Source of the DNA: Pseudomonadota bacterium
GTDB lineage: Bacteria; Pseudomonadota; Alphaproteobacteria; Rs-D84
Reading direction: 5' to 3'
Assembly (NCBI GenBank): GCA_023402015.1
Contig: JAEXCU010000015.1
Span: 67,879-131,878, forward strand
DNA: 64,000 nt
Shown in pieces: positions 9,676-17,674 of the stretch (the first letter of the stretch is position 1; the number at the start of each line of letters is the position of its first letter). The notes under the pieces were generated by a model. The model saw nothing but the letters and a program-made list of their open reading frames with translations, was not told the origin of the DNA and made no database searches. A program made the translations under genes and the position numbers.

Positions 9676-10254
9676 TTTTGTGTGATTATTTACCAGGTTT
9701 AATTTTTTATTTAATAACGAATCCATTCGCGCCTGCAATTGTGTTATGCGATTGTTTGCAACGCTGTCAAAATGACTGCGGATTGCGCGTTGCAGATTTG
9801 GATTCATGGACTTAACACGGTCATATTGACGAATTTTTTTATCGTTTGCCCAATATTTCCACCCGCTGTTTCGTACAGTTGGAATTTCAGAAAATTCCGT
9901 AAACACTGTTGTGTTGTGCTTTGGTACATTGAACATGGAATGCCTGTACGCCGCATTATATGCACGGTCCAGGATTTGGTCGTTTGCTTTACGCAAACTG
10001 TCAATTGCGGGGCCATTTTCAACCAGGTATGTATACGTATCGTTTTTGTTCAATGAATCGGAAATTAAACCGGGCAGGGCGGTGCGTATGCGCTGGATTT
10101 CGTCGCGTGTGGCATCAATATTTTTATCGGTTTCAGCCAGTAATTTATTTTTTGCTGATTCCTGGTTTGCCGTCATGCTGAGTAAAATTGCAATCATAAA
10201 CAATAATACAACGGTGGATGATGATACCAGAATCGCATGTGTTTCACGTTTCAT
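9673..10254 (-). CDS. hypothetical membrane-anchored protein (193 aa)
   Basis: ATG preceded by AAGGGG. There is one N-terminal TM helix. No known motif. Confidence 0.6.
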   Translation of the reverse strand: MKRETHAILVSSSTVVLLFMIAILLSMTANQESAKNKLLAETDKNIDATRDEIQRIRTALPGLISDSLNKNDTYTYLVENGPAIDSLRKANDQILDRAYNAAYRHSMFNVPKHNTTVFTEFSEIPTVRNSGWKYWANDKKIRQYDRVKSMNPNLQRAIRSHFDSVANNRITQLQARMDSLLNKKLNLVNNHTK

Positions 10255-10301
10255 ATTTCACCCCTTGGATAATGTATGAATTTATATCTGTTTGTACAGG
10301 A

Positions 10302-10523
10302 CAAAATTTAATTTCACCTGACGGTGTAATAAAATTTTGGCAGTCTTGGCGGGAATGTAATTCCCACTTGCCTGGGCTGCGTGGGCCCCTTTCGGCTGCG
10401 TAAGGCACGAACTGCGCATTTGCTTGTTCATGCCAACTTCGCACACGAACCCTACGGGTTCGCTTTCCGGGCACGTGCTCAAAATTTAATTTCACCTGAC
10501 GGTGTAATAAAATTTTGGCAGTC
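10302..10523. repeat. Two identical 44-bp direct repeats (10302-10345 and 10480-10523), period 178 bp. The second overlaps the 3' end of tRNA-Glu.
   Basis: The sequence CAAAATTTAATTTCACCTGACGGTGTAATAAAATTTTGGCAGTC occurs twice. Copy 1 is followed by a decayed T-arm-like stretch (GGGAATGTAATTCCC, versus GGGAATCGAACCCG in the tRNA). Confidence 0.85.
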
Positions 10524-10590
10524 CCAACGGGAATCGAACCCGTGTCGTCAGAATGAGAATCTGATGTCCTAACCGCTAGACGATGGGACC
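10516..10590 (-). tRNA. tRNA-Glu (anticodon CUC)
   Basis: Hand-folded cloverleaf of 75 nt: GGTCCCA TC GTC..GAC A TCAGA TTCTCAT TCTGA CGAC ACGGG TTCGATT CCCGT TGGGACT G CCA. Confidence 0.85.
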
Positions 10591-10758
10591 GCAGCGCATG
10601 TATCTTAGCATTTTTTTCTGCGTTTGCAAATAAATACGATTTTTATCGCGTGGACACAATTGCCACAAAATCCAGGAATAATTTCGTTTTAAATTTTATT
10701 GACCGATTAATCGTTATGTGCAACATTTGTTGAACTTTGAACAGACGGGTATTTAACG

Positions 10759-11430
10759 ATGCAGACAGACGGTAATTTAATCACAGAACCAAAATTCTCA
10801 GTTTTAAAGCAGGCAATTCAAGATAAAGTTTATTATACGAAATTGTTCATGACGGACATTTTGCCAAAAATCGCACAAATATCAAACCAACCGCGATATG
10901 GATATCATGGATTAACCCACACGACCCAGGTCGCACTGTTTGGTGTGGAATTATCGTTGGCGTCGGGCGCGGAACCATTGCCGGTAATGTTGGCGGCCGG
11001 TTTGCATGATTGCGCACGAACCCATGATAAAGATTGCCTGATGCATGGGCCAAAATGTGAACCGATTGCGCATACGTTTTTGGATACCCATTACCCAACA
11101 TTGTCTTATCAAACGCATCAACAAATTGTTTATGCCGTTGTAAATCATTCGCGAAATATTCCTGCACCGGACGCGGTTTCGGCATGCCTGTGGGACGGGG
11201 ACAGAATCAGATTGGCATGGGAATTGGGTTATAATCCGAATTTCTTTGCGACCGAATATGGACGGAAAATTGCATCTTTGACCCCGCGGGGCCAGGCACA
11301 GTATATCGCCCGCCAGGAACGGTTTTTAATACAACACGGTATAAAAACCCGTGCCCAGATTGATCATGAAAATGTGATGAATGCAATTTTTTGCGCAACG
11401 AACACAAATTTTAAAGACCGGGTGAAATGA
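10759..11430 (+). CDS. hypothetical protein, possibly HD-superfamily
   Basis: The H...HD pattern (GLTHTTQ ... AAGLHDCARTHD) is suggestive only. Confidence 0.55.
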   Translation: MQTDGNLITEPKFSVLKQAIQDKVYYTKLFMTDILPKIAQISNQPRYGYHGLTHTTQVALFGVELSLASGAEPLPVMLAAGLHDCARTHDKDCLMHGPKCEPIAHTFLDTHYPTLSYQTHQQIVYAVVNHSRNIPAPDAVSACLWDGDRIRLAWELGYNPNFFATEYGRKIASLTPRGQAQYIARQERFLIQHGIKTRAQIDHENVMNAIFCATNTNFKDRVK

Positions 11431-11443
11431 TTCAGGCGAAGTA

Positions 11444-12481
11444 TTAATCGCGAATATTTTTCATTTGATTTATAATTTCATTTTCAATTGCATATGAACT
11501 CAGTTCCGTGGCCGATTTGTGATAATCATCAAAATTCTGTTGTATTTCAGTATATGTTTTTTTGTCCAGTTTCTGTATCTGGGGGCCCAATGCGCCGGCG
11601 CGTGGTTTTAAATCATCCAACGCATGATGCATTTCATGTGCAAACATCGCAATCATTCTGTCAAATGTTTTGGTGCCGTTTTTGGCTTCGTTTCTTTTGG
11701 CAAAATCCAGATTCAGGCGAATAATTTTCTGCTCTATTGCATCCGGGTGCGTTTTTGGGGATTTTTTAAATTCGTTTATTACAGATTTTTGTTGTTCTGG
11801 GGACATATCTTTGGGCAGTGTGATTGAATAACCGTTCTGTTTATAGGCGCCGGTTTGATTTGGTGAACTCGGCTTAAAATCGGCTGTTTCCCAATTTTTT
11901 ACCGCCGCGACATTTATGGATTGTGGGTGCAGGTTATATTCATCGCAAAAATCACGGGCCAGTGCCTGAAACAATGCGTTGTACGCGGCAATCTCGTCCC
12001 CGGGCTTGGCGTTTTTAACTTTCGCCACCAGGTCATTATGGTTATTCAGACGACGAAACCAATCATATGCGAATTGTTTCGCCAAATTATATCTGTTTAC
12101 GGTGGCAACGTTAAAGCGATTACGTATTTCATCGTCTTTTGTGGGATCTTTGGACATTTGACTTAACTTTAAATCAAATGTGTTAAATTCACCCTGAATG
12201 TTGTTTAAATCATTACTGACCGCCAATAAAAACAGCGACATGTTCTTGGGTCTGTATTTGTTCAATTTTATTGCGGATTCATATTGCGTTATTAATTCAT
12301 CCGGTTTGTGGCCATGCGATATAAAACCGCGTGTCATCGGGTGAAACTGTCCTGATATTTTATTTTTCGTTTCTGGGTCCGTCGCCGCGATATATCGGTT
12401 CAGTAAATTTATATCATTTTGCATGATCTCTATTTCAATATCGCGCGCGGCAATTTGAAATTTATTCGCCGTGTCTGTCAT
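11444..12481 (-). CDS. hypothetical protein with an HExxH zinc-metallopeptidase-like motif
   Basis: The motif FAHEMHHALDD lies near the C-terminus. There is no signal peptide and no other recognisable domain. Confidence 0.6.
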   Translation of the reverse strand: MTDTANKFQIAARDIEIEIMQNDINLLNRYIAATDPETKNKISGQFHPMTRGFISHGHKPDELITQYESAIKLNKYRPKNMSLFLLAVSNDLNNIQGEFNTFDLKLSQMSKDPTKDDEIRNRFNVATVNRYNLAKQFAYDWFRRLNNHNDLVAKVKNAKPGDEIAAYNALFQALARDFCDEYNLHPQSINVAAVKNWETADFKPSSPNQTGAYKQNGYSITLPKDMSPEQQKSVINEFKKSPKTHPDAIEQKIIRLNLDFAKRNEAKNGTKTFDRMIAMFAHEMHHALDDLKPRAGALGPQIQKLDKKTYTEIQQNFDDYHKSATELSSYAIENEIINQMKNIRD

Positions 12482-12608
12482 GTGAAGTATTATAACATAA
12501 CGCTGCGTAATTATAAACAGAAAAGGACGGTCGGGCGACTTGGTTTTATTTGTGTTTTGTATGATAAAAAGTTAAAAATAAATCCCGGGGTTTCAGCCCG
12601 GGAAATAT

Positions 12609-13469
12609 TTATCTGCCAGATTTTTCTTTTATAAACATTTGCGTGGCGTCAAATGATTTTGATACCAATCCCGCAAAGACTTTTTTCTGGTCTGCCACAC
12701 TCAGATTTGGATTAAATGCACCTTTTTTAATTAGTACCTGGATGGTTTCGGCGGTGGCATTTAAAACCTTGGCATTATTTTCAATGAACAAGTTTAATGC
12801 GTCGCTGTCTTTTTTGTTCTTTTCCGGGTCATAAGAAACACTGTATAGGCGATTTTTTGCATCCGCCGCCAATTTAGCATTGGGCAATTTTTTCAATTTT
12901 TCCGGGGCGTATTTGGGCAATATTTCTTTGCGGTAAATATCAACAACAGATGTGCCCCAATCAAAGTTATCGGGGATATATAATTTTTCACCCGGTTTAA
13001 CGTTTTTTAATGCCTGTATGAATTCTTGCAGGGTGTAATTTGCCAATTCGGTGCCCGCATTTGCAATATCTGTACCTGTGTTATATTTTTTTGGCGAAAG
13101 CATTGCCGGCGTTTTATTTGTCTTCCATGCCAGGTCAAACCAACGATTATTTAATTTTAAGAAATTCGGCAAAGCATTCGGATTTTTTAATGCCAGCAAC
13201 AAAATTACATATTTATCGCTTTCTATGACGGCATTTAATTGCTTGTCCGGGGACAGTTTTAAGAAGTTGGCGGCGTATTGGTTTAAATCCATAACGGTTC
13301 CATTGACATCGTTAACGACGCCAATCGGATGCGTCCATGTTCCGAATTCTGCGCCTTTGTTATCCTGGGCTTGGCTTTTTAATGGCAACAAAGACAGTGC
13401 CGATATACCAAAAACGGTCAGGGCCTTTTTGATGTTGCCACTGGCTGCATTAAATGTTGATGATTTCAT
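12609..13469 (-). CDS. hypothetical secreted protein (286 aa from MKSSTF)
   Basis: Signal-peptide-like N-terminus ALTVFGISALSLLPLKSQAQ, with ATG at 13469. Confidence 0.6.
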   Translation of the reverse strand: MKSSTFNAASGNIKKALTVFGISALSLLPLKSQAQDNKGAEFGTWTHPIGVVNDVNGTVMDLNQYAANFLKLSPDKQLNAVIESDKYVILLLALKNPNALPNFLKLNNRWFDLAWKTNKTPAMLSPKKYNTGTDIANAGTELANYTLQEFIQALKNVKPGEKLYIPDNFDWGTSVVDIYRKEILPKYAPEKLKKLPNAKLAADAKNRLYSVSYDPEKNKKDSDALNLFIENNAKVLNATAETIQVLIKKGAFNPNLSVADQKKVFAGLVSKSFDATQMFIKEKSGR

Positions 13470-13689
13470 AATGAACCCCTTTCTTATAATTGTATCACTA
13501 AAAACCACGAAAGCAAAAGGTCGTTGGGAATATATTATGAAACAGTCCATTGGATTTTATTTAACTTAATCTTGAGAAAAACAAGATTAATCGTTGACAA
13601 TTTTAAAAAAGTGCAAAAGTTATCAAAAAATATGGCCTGCAAAATAGAAAAATAAAATAAATTTAACTGGCCAAGTTTTTGTCTTTATA

Positions 13690-14040
13690 TGGTTTGGGCG
13701 CACACAGGGGTGTGGGGATGCCCCCCACTAGTGTTTTGGAACAAAACACGTACAAAACGTTAATAACGTTTTGCAGTACAAATACGCGGTCATTTGTACT
13801 ATCTGGCGTACGCACCAAATAAAAAAAGCCCCCTTGTGGGCGTTTTTATTTGGTTTGGGCGCACGGATTCCCACGGACTTTGTCCTGCGGGGCATTCGTA
13901 TGATGTTTGCTGCACTGGGTTTGCAAACATCAACTCATTGTCAAACCAAACGACATTCGTCGTGTGGCCTTATCCTTGTCTCGCGCCCAAAAATAAAAAC
14001 ACCGCAAGGGTGTTTTGATTTTTGGTTGTGCACGGAGCGC
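13690..14040. repeat. Array of three decayed copies of the tRNA-Gln 3' end
   Basis: Compared with the tRNA 3' end TGGTTGGGGCGCACGGATTC (24582-24601): copy 13690-13703 is TGGTTTGGGCGCAC; copy 13851-13870 is TGGTTTGGGCGCACGGATTC (19/20); copy 14023-14036 is TGGTTGTGCACGGA. The second and third copies adjoin a terminator-like hairpin. An inverted core, CTCGCGCCCAAA, lies at 13980-13991. Confidence 0.75.
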
Positions 14041-14360
14041 CATACGGTATTTGCATTCAATTTGTGATTTTGCCGAAGCACGATTTAGACCATTTAACAG
14101 GGATTAGCAGGGATTTTTCGCAAAAACACCCACCGAAATACTAACATGATACAATTTGTGCTAGAATTCATGTCCAGTTTTCCGCGGTTTTTTGTGTGTC
14201 TAAAAATTCCCTAAAAAAACTAACAGGAAATTCGATTTTAGTATCAGGGAAAACTGCAAAATAACAGCGAAAAAGCCGCATAAAAACAGGATAACGCACT
14301 TTCTGGTAATATCTGGGAAAATTTGAGAATAAAAGTAATTCCAGCTTTCCCAGATTTATT

Positions 14361-15314
14361 CTATAAAAGATCATTTAGCAAGTTCATACATTTAATTTTC
14401 TGCTGCATGTTTGCCCTGCCATAGACATTTAACGTAAAGGACACGTTCTTATGTCCCAGAATTTCGGACAGAGATTTAATATCAAAGTCCGGTATTTCAA
14501 TAGCACGCACGGCAAATGTGTGCCTTATTTCATGAAACTTGACAGTACGCAGATTATGCTTTTTTAAGAATCTCGCAAAGAACTGACGATATGTCCTAGG
14601 CTCCGTTGGCTTGGTCTTTCCGGTTAAAAAATACTGATTAGGGTTATCTGAATAGTACTTTTTAATGATATTTATCAGCAAAGACGGCACCGGAATCGTT
14701 CGTGCCGAACAGGCGGTCTTGGGTGCGCCAATATGAACATACGAGGTTCCTTTAGTTTTATCATAAATTCGCTGAACCGTGCGTTGGATAGTGATAGTTT
14801 TATCAGTCAGAGATATATCACGCACCTGCAGACCACACAATTCACCAATGCGAATGCCGGTAAACAATGCGACCAAGACACCAGCTGTGCGGCGGTTCAT
14901 TTTCATATAAATACATTGAATAAGAGCCAATTCTTCATCCTTAGACAAAGTAATGACGCGCTTGATTGAAAAGTCCTTAGGATATTCAATCAAATCCCAA
15001 TTCAACATAGGGATAATTTTTTCTTTATACGCATAAAGCATACATAGCCGCAGGACTAAAATAATATCACGAATGGTTTTGATGGTAAGACCGCCGGTTT
15101 TATCCAATCGCCCCTCATTATGTAGCAGAGTAATATACGCCTGAATATCAGATTCAGTAATATTGCCAATCTTTTGCTTGCCAAAGTGAGGTATCAGATG
15201 ATTTTCTGCAATCAGCATAAAGCTGGCATAAGTCGACGGTGTAATCATAGGGCTTTTTTGGCTAAGCCATACATTGATCAAGTTTTTGAAGTGACTATTT
15301 GATGTTAGTGTCAT
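14361..15314 (-). CDS. tyrosine recombinase (phage-integrase family), likely the hsdS invertase
   Basis: Catalytic signature HEIRHTFAVRA ... LGHKNVSFTLNVYGRA. RBS AAGGAG. It lies directly beside the inverted hsdS cassettes. Confidence 0.85.
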   Translation of the reverse strand: MTLTSNSHFKNLINVWLSQKSPMITPSTYASFMLIAENHLIPHFGKQKIGNITESDIQAYITLLHNEGRLDKTGGLTIKTIRDIILVLRLCMLYAYKEKIIPMLNWDLIEYPKDFSIKRVITLSKDEELALIQCIYMKMNRRTAGVLVALFTGIRIGELCGLQVRDISLTDKTITIQRTVQRIYDKTKGTSYVHIGAPKTACSARTIPVPSLLINIIKKYYSDNPNQYFLTGKTKPTEPRTYRQFFARFLKKHNLRTVKFHEIRHTFAVRAIEIPDFDIKSLSEILGHKNVSFTLNVYGRANMQQKIKCMNLLNDLL

Positions 15315-15366
15315 TGTACATACTCCTTTTTAAGTACAGATGTATGTTGAGAAGAAAAAACACTAA

Positions 15367-16491
15367 AAACAAACCTCTAGTATTGGTCTTGAACCGCCCC
15401 TCCGTTTCCCAGAGTTTGAGGGAGAATATACAAAATTTAAGCTAGGTGACATATGCATTAAGGTTCAACGCAAAAATCAAGATTCTGATGCGCCTATCAT
15501 GATGTTATCTGCAGGAACAGGATTCATAATGCAATCAGAAAAGTATTCCAGAGATAATGCTGGGCAAAGCCTTGCAAAATACACTATCTTGAAGCGTACT
15601 GAACTGGCCTACAATCACGGGGCTTCAAAGCAAAAACCATTTGGATGCTGCTATATGCTAACAGAAGAAAAAGCGAGGGTTCCATATGTATACCACTGCT
15701 TTTCGATCCAAAATAATACCCCACAATATATAGCCATATTACTTAATAATCAACGTATAGAAAGACAACTGAAAAAGCTAGTTTCTTCAAGTGTTAGAAT
15801 GGACGGTTTATTGAATATTTCTTTTGATGATTATATGACTGTTGACCTATATTTACCCGACATTTCTGAACAACAAAAGATTGCGGACTTCCTGTCCCTG
15901 GTTGATGAAAGAATTGAAAAACAGCGGCAGCTGGTCGATGCCCTGAAGAAGTATAAAAGAGGAGCTTTATCAAGAGTTTTTAACGATGTTTTGAAAACCG
16001 TAAAATTATCGGATATTTCTAATTTTATTTCTTCCGTAAGGACATTGTCTACAATATTAAATAGCAATAAGGGAATTTATCCTGTTTACGATGCGGCTGG
16101 TATAGCTGGATATATTGACCATTATGATATTGATTCTGACTATATAACAATAGTTAAAGATGGATCGGGAGTGGGCCGCTTGCAAAAATGTGATAAAAAA
16201 TCTAGTTTTATTGGAACTCTGGGAGCATTGGTTGCGAAAAATTGTACTACAGATTTTTTATATGCAGTTCTGCAAACAATAAATTTTTCTAAATTTGTTA
16301 CAGGAATGGCTATTCCTCATATTTATTACAGGGACTATAAAAGCACTCTACTTCCATTTCCTAGTGAAGAAAAGCGACATTTTATATCGCAATTATTTAA
16401 AGAATTTGATATTCACATAGAAAATGAAACCCAAAAATTAAACAATATACTGACATATAAACAAGGATTGCTCCAGCAGATGTTTATATAA
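15367..16491 (+). CDS. hsdS: start-less (silent) hsdS cassette with two target-recognition domains
   Basis: The frame is open from just after TAA 15364-15366, with no start codon before the conserved SSIGLE..LRFPEF segment. It has the central repeat EQQKIADFLSLVDERIEKQRQLVDALKKYKRG and the C-terminal KQGLLQQMFI. Confidence 0.75.
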   Translation, partial: KQTSSIGLEPPLRFPEFEGEYTKFKLGDICIKVQRKNQDSDAPIMMLSAGTGFIMQSEKYSRDNAGQSLAKYTILKRTELAYNHGASKQKPFGCCYMLTEEKARVPYVYHCFSIQNNTPQYIAILLNNQRIERQLKKLVSSSVRMDGLLNISFDDYMTVDLYLPDISEQQKIADFLSLVDERIEKQRQLVDALKKYKRGALSRVFNDVLKTVKLSDISNFISSVRTLSTILNSNKGIYPVYDAAGIAGYIDHYDIDSDYITIVKDGSGVGRLQKCDKKSSFIGTLGALVAKNCTTDFLYAVLQTINFSKFVTGMAIPHIYYRDYKSTLLPFPSEEKRHFISQLFKEFDIHIENETQKLNNILTYKQGLLQQMFI

Positions 16492-17671
16492 ACATTTTTT
16501 GTAAAAGTCCTTGTTTTTGAGTATTCAATCTCTCTAATACATCATTTTCTGTTGTTATTTTTTTATCTAAAATAGCAAATATTTTTGCAATGTTATCTTG
16601 CATCTCTTTGGTCGGTAATTTTATGAGCATATCACTTAACGTGGAAAGAACAATATATGGAGTATTACCGGCTTTTTTTTCAGCATCTATTCGTGGGTGC
16701 AAATTTGCTTGCAAATAGTAATAAATATACATTATATTTTCTTGAAAACTATCCAATACATAGGTTCTTTGATAAGCATTAAATTTTCCACAATAATGGT
16801 GGATGTAACCAACATTAGCTCCGTTACCAGAAATTAGTAATGCATCCGTGTCAAATGCATAAGTATCTATTTCAAAATATTCTCTGGCACATGTATAAAA
16901 ACGATATTTCCCTCCCACAACCATTGCATTTGCGTCTAATTTACCTGTTGTGATATTACAAATTTCACCTAATGTTAATGTGTTATTTGAAGATATTTTA
17001 TTAAAAAAGGCGGATAACAACCCTCTTTTATACTTCTTTAAGCTCTCAACCAACTGTCGCTGTTTTTCGATGCGCTGGTCAATAAGAGAGAGGAAATTAG
17101 CAATTTTTTGTTGTTCTTCTATGTTTGGACTTAAAAAATGAGTGGTGGCAAAAAAATCATCTGTTGGTACATTAAGTAGACCATGATTTCTAGCTCCTTC
17201 AGCTGAAATAAAGTAGATTTGACGATACCATTTTAATGAATCAAAATAATGTCTTATATAATCGGAGCAATGTTTTTTTAAAGAAAAACAAATGTAGAGA
17301 GTCGACAATGCTCCCATTTCGTATCGTTCTAATCTTTTTATTGATCCAAAATCATAACCATTCGAATAACTTTTATTGTATGCAAATTCTCCATTTTTTA
17401 GAAGATAATATCCAGACATATCTTTACTAGATACTTTTTTATTAAAGAATGTAACTTGGTCAACTAATCCATCTTTAGATGATATTGTTAAAGGCAAATC
17501 AGTTTGATTTTTATTATTTTTTCTCGTTACTCTTAACGTTAAATCAGACAGTTTTTCTGTAATCCATGGATCACTATACGACGAAAATCGTAGTGCAGGA
17601 ACTTTACCTTCAAGACCAATACTAGAGGATACATTTTTTGATAAAATTTGGCTTTTTGCATTATTTGTCAT
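16484..17671 (-). CDS. hsdS: Type I restriction-modification specificity subunit HsdS (expressed copy)
   Basis: Layout TRD1, central conserved repeat (EQQKIANFLSLIDQRIEKQRQLVESLKKYKRG), TRD2, KQGLLQKMFI. It lies 3 nt downstream of hsdM. Confidence 0.9.
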   Translation of the reverse strand: MTNNAKSQILSKNVSSSIGLEGKVPALRFSSYSDPWITEKLSDLTLRVTRKNNKNQTDLPLTISSKDGLVDQVTFFNKKVSSKDMSGYYLLKNGEFAYNKSYSNGYDFGSIKRLERYEMGALSTLYICFSLKKHCSDYIRHYFDSLKWYRQIYFISAEGARNHGLLNVPTDDFFATTHFLSPNIEEQQKIANFLSLIDQRIEKQRQLVESLKKYKRGLLSAFFNKISSNNTLTLGEICNITTGKLDANAMVVGGKYRFYTCAREYFEIDTYAFDTDALLISGNGANVGYIHHYCGKFNAYQRTYVLDSFQENIMYIYYYLQANLHPRIDAEKKAGNTPYIVLSTLSDMLIKLPTKEMQDNIAKIFAILDKKITTENDVLERLNTQKQGLLQKMFI

Positions 17672-17674
17672 GGC

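Noticed and set aside
10338-10480. A possible two-piece tmRNA or tRNA-like RNA. The minus strand ends in ...GACTGCCA and reads through a peptide, ANAQFVPYAA, that superficially resembles an ssrA tag.
   Set aside because: No stop codon follows the AA in any frame. There is no 5' acceptor partner for the CAAGACT strand. The T-arm-like hairpin has a 5-nt loop with no TTCGA motif. The region is better explained as a decayed duplicate of the tRNA-Glu 3' end.
10244-10495. An 83-aa ORF spanning the tRNA-Glu duplication.
   Set aside because: It runs across both 44-bp repeats and the decayed tRNA fragment, so it is an artefact of the scar.
14168-14374. A 68-aa ORF downstream of the tyrosine recombinase.
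   Set aside because: It overlaps the recombinase stop region and the repeat and inverted-repeat motifs, and its composition is low-complexity and Phe/Arg-rich. It is probably non-coding island border sequence.
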